From: an uncultured Chloroflexia bacterium
Lineage (GTDB): Bacteria > Chloroflexota > Anaerolineae > CG2-30-64-16
Length of the DNA: 64,000 bases
Direction: 5' to 3'
Assembly: GCA_963774265.1 (NCBI GenBank)
Contig: CAVZDU010000005.1
Location: 320,001 to 384,000 of the forward strand
Part shown: piece after piece, positions 61,071 through 64,000 of the stretch
Position numbering within the stretch: the stretch's first letter is position 1
Layout: the number at the start of each line of letters is the position of its first letter
Translations under genes and position numbers: made by a program
Notes under the pieces: generated by a model
The model's input: the letters and a program-made list of their open reading frames with translations, nothing else
Told to the model about the DNA's origin: nothing
Databases searched by the model: none

Positions 61071-63095
61071 ATGCGGACCCAACCTGCTCGTATCCTGTGG
61101 ATGGCACTTGTGCTGCTGGCCGTGGCAGCCTGCCAGGGAGCTGCGCCGCGAGAGCGAACAGAACCCGCGAGCACCGCGGCTGCGGCGGAGTCGACGCCCA
61201 CTGCCGTGGCGCGGGCCGCGCCCACCGCCCCTTCGCCCGCATTCCCGGGTGTGCAGGCCTCGCCTGTCGGAGTGGAGCGAATGGGAGCGCTGCGGATTTT
61301 TCCCGGGACGGTGAAGACGGTCTTTGTGCTCGAGAACCATGCGCCGCGCGGCTATGCGCCGGTCACCTACCACCTCTCCCTCTACGATCTACAGGACCGG
61401 GCCGTCGCAGAACTTGACGGCGAGATTGGCTTCATCTTCCCGAACAGCCGGTCAGCCCACGAAGCGCGGCTCTTCTATGACCGCAGCATCTCGGTGGCCC
61501 GGGTGGATTTGCGCATCCGGCCGAACCTTGACGACCGGGGCGACAACCAGGGTGCAGCGGGGAGCGGCTCCATACCGATCGCGGCCGGGAGCGCGCAGTA
61601 CTGGCCCAGCATAGACCACCGCCACGACAAGGTCACGGCCCTATTGAGCAATACCTCGGATCAGCCCATCGACTCGGCCGGCGCCACCGCGCTGCTGTAC
61701 GACGTCGCAGGGCAGATCGTCGGCAGCGGCAGCAACAGCCTCGGCGTCCTGCCCACGGGCGGCCAGATGCAGGCGGAGATCGATGTGGACATCATGGGCG
61801 ACGTGGACCGCGCGGAAGTCATTCCCTTCTTCTACCACCCGCCTGCCGGTCTGGGCGCTTCCGCGGCCCAGCCAGCGTCCCCGTCCGGCGCGCAGGAGAC
61901 GCCGCCGCCCAGTGCCCAGGCCCCCGAGATCCTGGCGAGCTGGTTCATGCAGAACAGCTCGAATGCGAGTGTATTCGACTACGCGCTCCTTCTGGCGAAT
62001 CCGAATCCATCCCTCGACCTGCACGACATCGAATACCAGGTGGTGGCCTACGACGACGCCGGTTTGGCCGTGGCATCCAGCACGGCCTGGCTCGACTGGC
62101 TGCCTGCCGGCGGCCGGCTGGGCATAATAAACACCCTCGTGGTCGACAACGACGAGATTCCGGCGAGAATCGAGGCAGCCATCGCCGCGCCCGGACGGCC
62201 GCAGGCTCCTGCCGGCGCACAAGTCGCGCCCCAAGCCGGGCCGGCGGTCCTCGCCAGCTATGGCGACTGGAATGCCGTCTCGGGCCGGGTCGGCAACGCC
62301 CTCGGCCAGCCGGTGGCCGGCGTGAGGGCTAATGCGTTGGTCTTCGACGACAGTGATCGACTCGTCGGCGCGGGAGAAGGCCACGATGATTATTTCATCC
62401 CGGCAGGCGGCCAGGCACCGGTGGCCGTGAAGATCGCCACGACGGGTGTGCCCGTCCGGGCCGAGCTCTACCCCTTCTACGCGCCGATGACGGGCGGTCC
62501 GCAGGCCGCTTCGGGCCTTCAGCCTCTCAACGTGGTCGCTGCCGGTTTTGCACAGCACCCGCAAAACCCCGGCAGGGTGACCGCGGCCATCGTGGTCGAA
62601 AACCCCAACCCTGGGCAGGCCATCTCCGGCGCCGCGTATCAGCTCGCGGCATACGACTCGGTCGGCGCACTCCTGTGCACGCTCGCCGGTGACAGAGATC
62701 CTCTTCCCGCCGTCTATCCCGGCGGCAGGACCGCCGTCGTGACCAGCTTCGAGGTGCCGGCGCAGGCCCAGGTCGCCAGGGTGGATGTAATGTGGGATCA
62801 GAGGGAGGCGAAACTGGCGCCGGGTCGGAATCCCCTGGCCGGCGACAAGGCGACTTATGTGGCCGAGACCTATCCGAAGGTCACCGGGCTGGTCCTGAAC
62901 AGCAGCGAAAAAGAGATCACACGGGTCAACGTCTATGCCGTCCTCTACGACAGGGACGGCCGCATCATCGGCGGGGGCGGAGAACAGGTCGATCGTGTGC
63001 CCGCCAACGGCCAGATCCCGGTGGAGATGATGGTCGATTCGACCGGAGTCCCGGACCGCGTGGAGATCTATGCCGGCCCGGCAGAACTCGATTGA
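61071..63095 (+). CDS. Lipoprotein with repeated FxLYD-type Ig-like domains
   Basis: Lipobox VAAC; repeated LSLYD/ALLYD/VVAYD/LVFD/LAAYD/AVLYD..G.I.G modules with (E/A)NPNP. Confidence 0.8.
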   Translation: MRTQPARILWMALVLLAVAACQGAAPRERTEPASTAAAAESTPTAVARAAPTAPSPAFPGVQASPVGVERMGALRIFPGTVKTVFVLENHAPRGYAPVTYHLSLYDLQDRAVAELDGEIGFIFPNSRSAHEARLFYDRSISVARVDLRIRPNLDDRGDNQGAAGSGSIPIAAGSAQYWPSIDHRHDKVTALLSNTSDQPIDSAGATALLYDVAGQIVGSGSNSLGVLPTGGQMQAEIDVDIMGDVDRAEVIPFFYHPPAGLGASAAQPASPSGAQETPPPSAQAPEILASWFMQNSSNASVFDYALLLANPNPSLDLHDIEYQVVAYDDAGLAVASSTAWLDWLPAGGRLGIINTLVVDNDEIPARIEAAIAAPGRPQAPAGAQVAPQAGPAVLASYGDWNAVSGRVGNALGQPVAGVRANALVFDDSDRLVGAGEGHDDYFIPAGGQAPVAVKIATTGVPVRAELYPFYAPMTGGPQAASGLQPLNVVAAGFAQHPQNPGRVTAAIVVENPNPGQAISGAAYQLAAYDSVGALLCTLAGDRDPLPAVYPGGRTAVVTSFEVPAQAQVARVDVMWDQREAKLAPGRNPLAGDKATYVAETYPKVTGLVLNSSEKEITRVNVYAVLYDRDGRIIGGGGEQVDRVPANGQIPVEMMVDSTGVPDRVEIYAGPAELD

Positions 63096-63116
63096 GACCG
63101 TGAGAGAGAGGCGAAC

Positions 63117-64000
63117 ATGACGGCGCAAACCAAGCTGTGCACGGTGATACTCCTCCTGGTCCTGGCGGCCCCGGCATTGGGCGGCTGCCGGTCGGCTCCT
63201 CCCGCAGCTACCAGCACGCCCACCGCCGAGACAGAGCGCGCCGTCTTACCTGCCGCGCCGGGCAGCGAGCCCGCGCCCCCGGTCGCGCAGCCTCCGGCCC
63301 TGACCGCGGCCCCCCCGGCATCGGAACAACCCCCTGCCCAGGAGGCCTATCCGGGCGTGGTGGCGTCAGGCAACGCACCGGTCCTGGGGGGCGCTGCCGA
63401 GCCGCTGGCAATCTCGCCGGTCGACGCCGAGGCCCAAGCCGTGCGCGTGGCGGAAGTGATCGAGGTGCTCAGCGTGTGGAAGGACAGCTGCGGGCAGCTG
63501 CTGGTGCTCGAAAATCCCAATCCCGATCTCGCCATCCAGAACATCCAATACCGGCTCACCGGCTACGACAGCGGCGGGGCCGTCCTGGAAACGGATGAAT
63601 CCAGGATCGACGTGCTCTATCCCGGCGAGCGCCGCAAGATTTACCTGGGCATCCGCAGCCAGGAAGGCGCGCCGGCCGCCCGGCTGGAGTTCACGATCGT
63701 CGGGCAAGGCGAACCCGGGCGGACGAGCCTGGCCGCCGACAGCCTGAGCATCGAGCGCGTGCAGTACTGGCCTGAGGCGGGCGCCGTGACCGGCATTGCC
63801 ACGAACCGCTCGGACTTCCTGATGAGGATGCCCGTGCTGACCGCTTTGCTCTACGATCAACAGGACCGGTTGATCGGCTTCGGCGAGATGCCGTCGCTCC
63901 ACTTCGTGCCGCCCCGGGGACAGGCGGGCGTATCCGTGCGCGTCCCCTACAATCTCGAAGCTGCCCGCGTGGAGCTGCTGGCCGTGCCGAAGGGCAGCTG
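63117..64000 (+). CDS. Second FxLYD-type lipoprotein, truncated by the window end
   Basis: MTAQTKLCTVILLLVLAAPALGGC lipobox; LENPNP, LTGYDSGG, ALLYDQQDRLIG; absent from the ORF track because it has no stop in the window. Confidence 0.75.
   Translation, partial: MTAQTKLCTVILLLVLAAPALGGCRSAPPAATSTPTAETERAVLPAAPGSEPAPPVAQPPALTAAPPASEQPPAQEAYPGVVASGNAPVLGGAAEPLAISPVDAEAQAVRVAEVIEVLSVWKDSCGQLLVLENPNPDLAIQNIQYRLTGYDSGGAVLETDESRIDVLYPGERRKIYLGIRSQEGAPAARLEFTIVGQGEPGRTSLAADSLSIERVQYWPEAGAVTGIATNRSDFLMRMPVLTALLYDQQDRLIGFGEMPSLHFVPPRGQAGVSVRVPYNLEAARVELLAVPKGS

Overview
GC-rich bacterial window, most consistent with a Chloroflexota (Anaerolineae-like) genome. That placement is inferred from C-terminal YLP(L/I/F)I motifs, FxLYD lipoproteins, HTH-STAND-WD40 architecture and a Gram-positive-type SOS box. 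Several ordinary genes carry clusters of 1-bp frameshifts, probably long-read assembly errors. Contents in order: (1) end of an Fe-S oxidoreductase subunit; (2) an orphan primase + AAA helicase pair with an origin-like palindrome, short iterons and a LexA-like box; (3) GT2, an atypical Rho and an AbrB/PIN toxin-antitoxin pair; (4) two partly duplicated methyltransferase operons with ArsR/SmtB-type operators and reciprocal internal deletions, separated by an OmpR-type two-component system and an Asp-rich OB-fold protein; (5) a GAF kinase/NarL pair with a 33-aa membrane peptide; (6) ABC exporter, hydrolase, LysE, PA14 protein, penicillin acylase, SulP-rhodanese, GlpX, mutarotase and PLP decarboxylase; (7) an HTH-STAND-TM-WD40-BMP fusion divergent from a small secreted repeat protein; (8) the best candidate for a new system: ECF sigma, double zinc-finger anti-sigma, CHAT protease-pseudocyclase-STAND-TPR, a secreted beta-helix protein, a beta-helix/C25 protease and divergent FxLYD lipoproteins. 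The two arms of locus 8 share an identical CTGTAAC-N17-CTCTTT promoter-like motif. No rRNA, tRNA, CRISPR array, integrase or transposase was recognised. All domain calls come from motif recognition by eye, not database searches.
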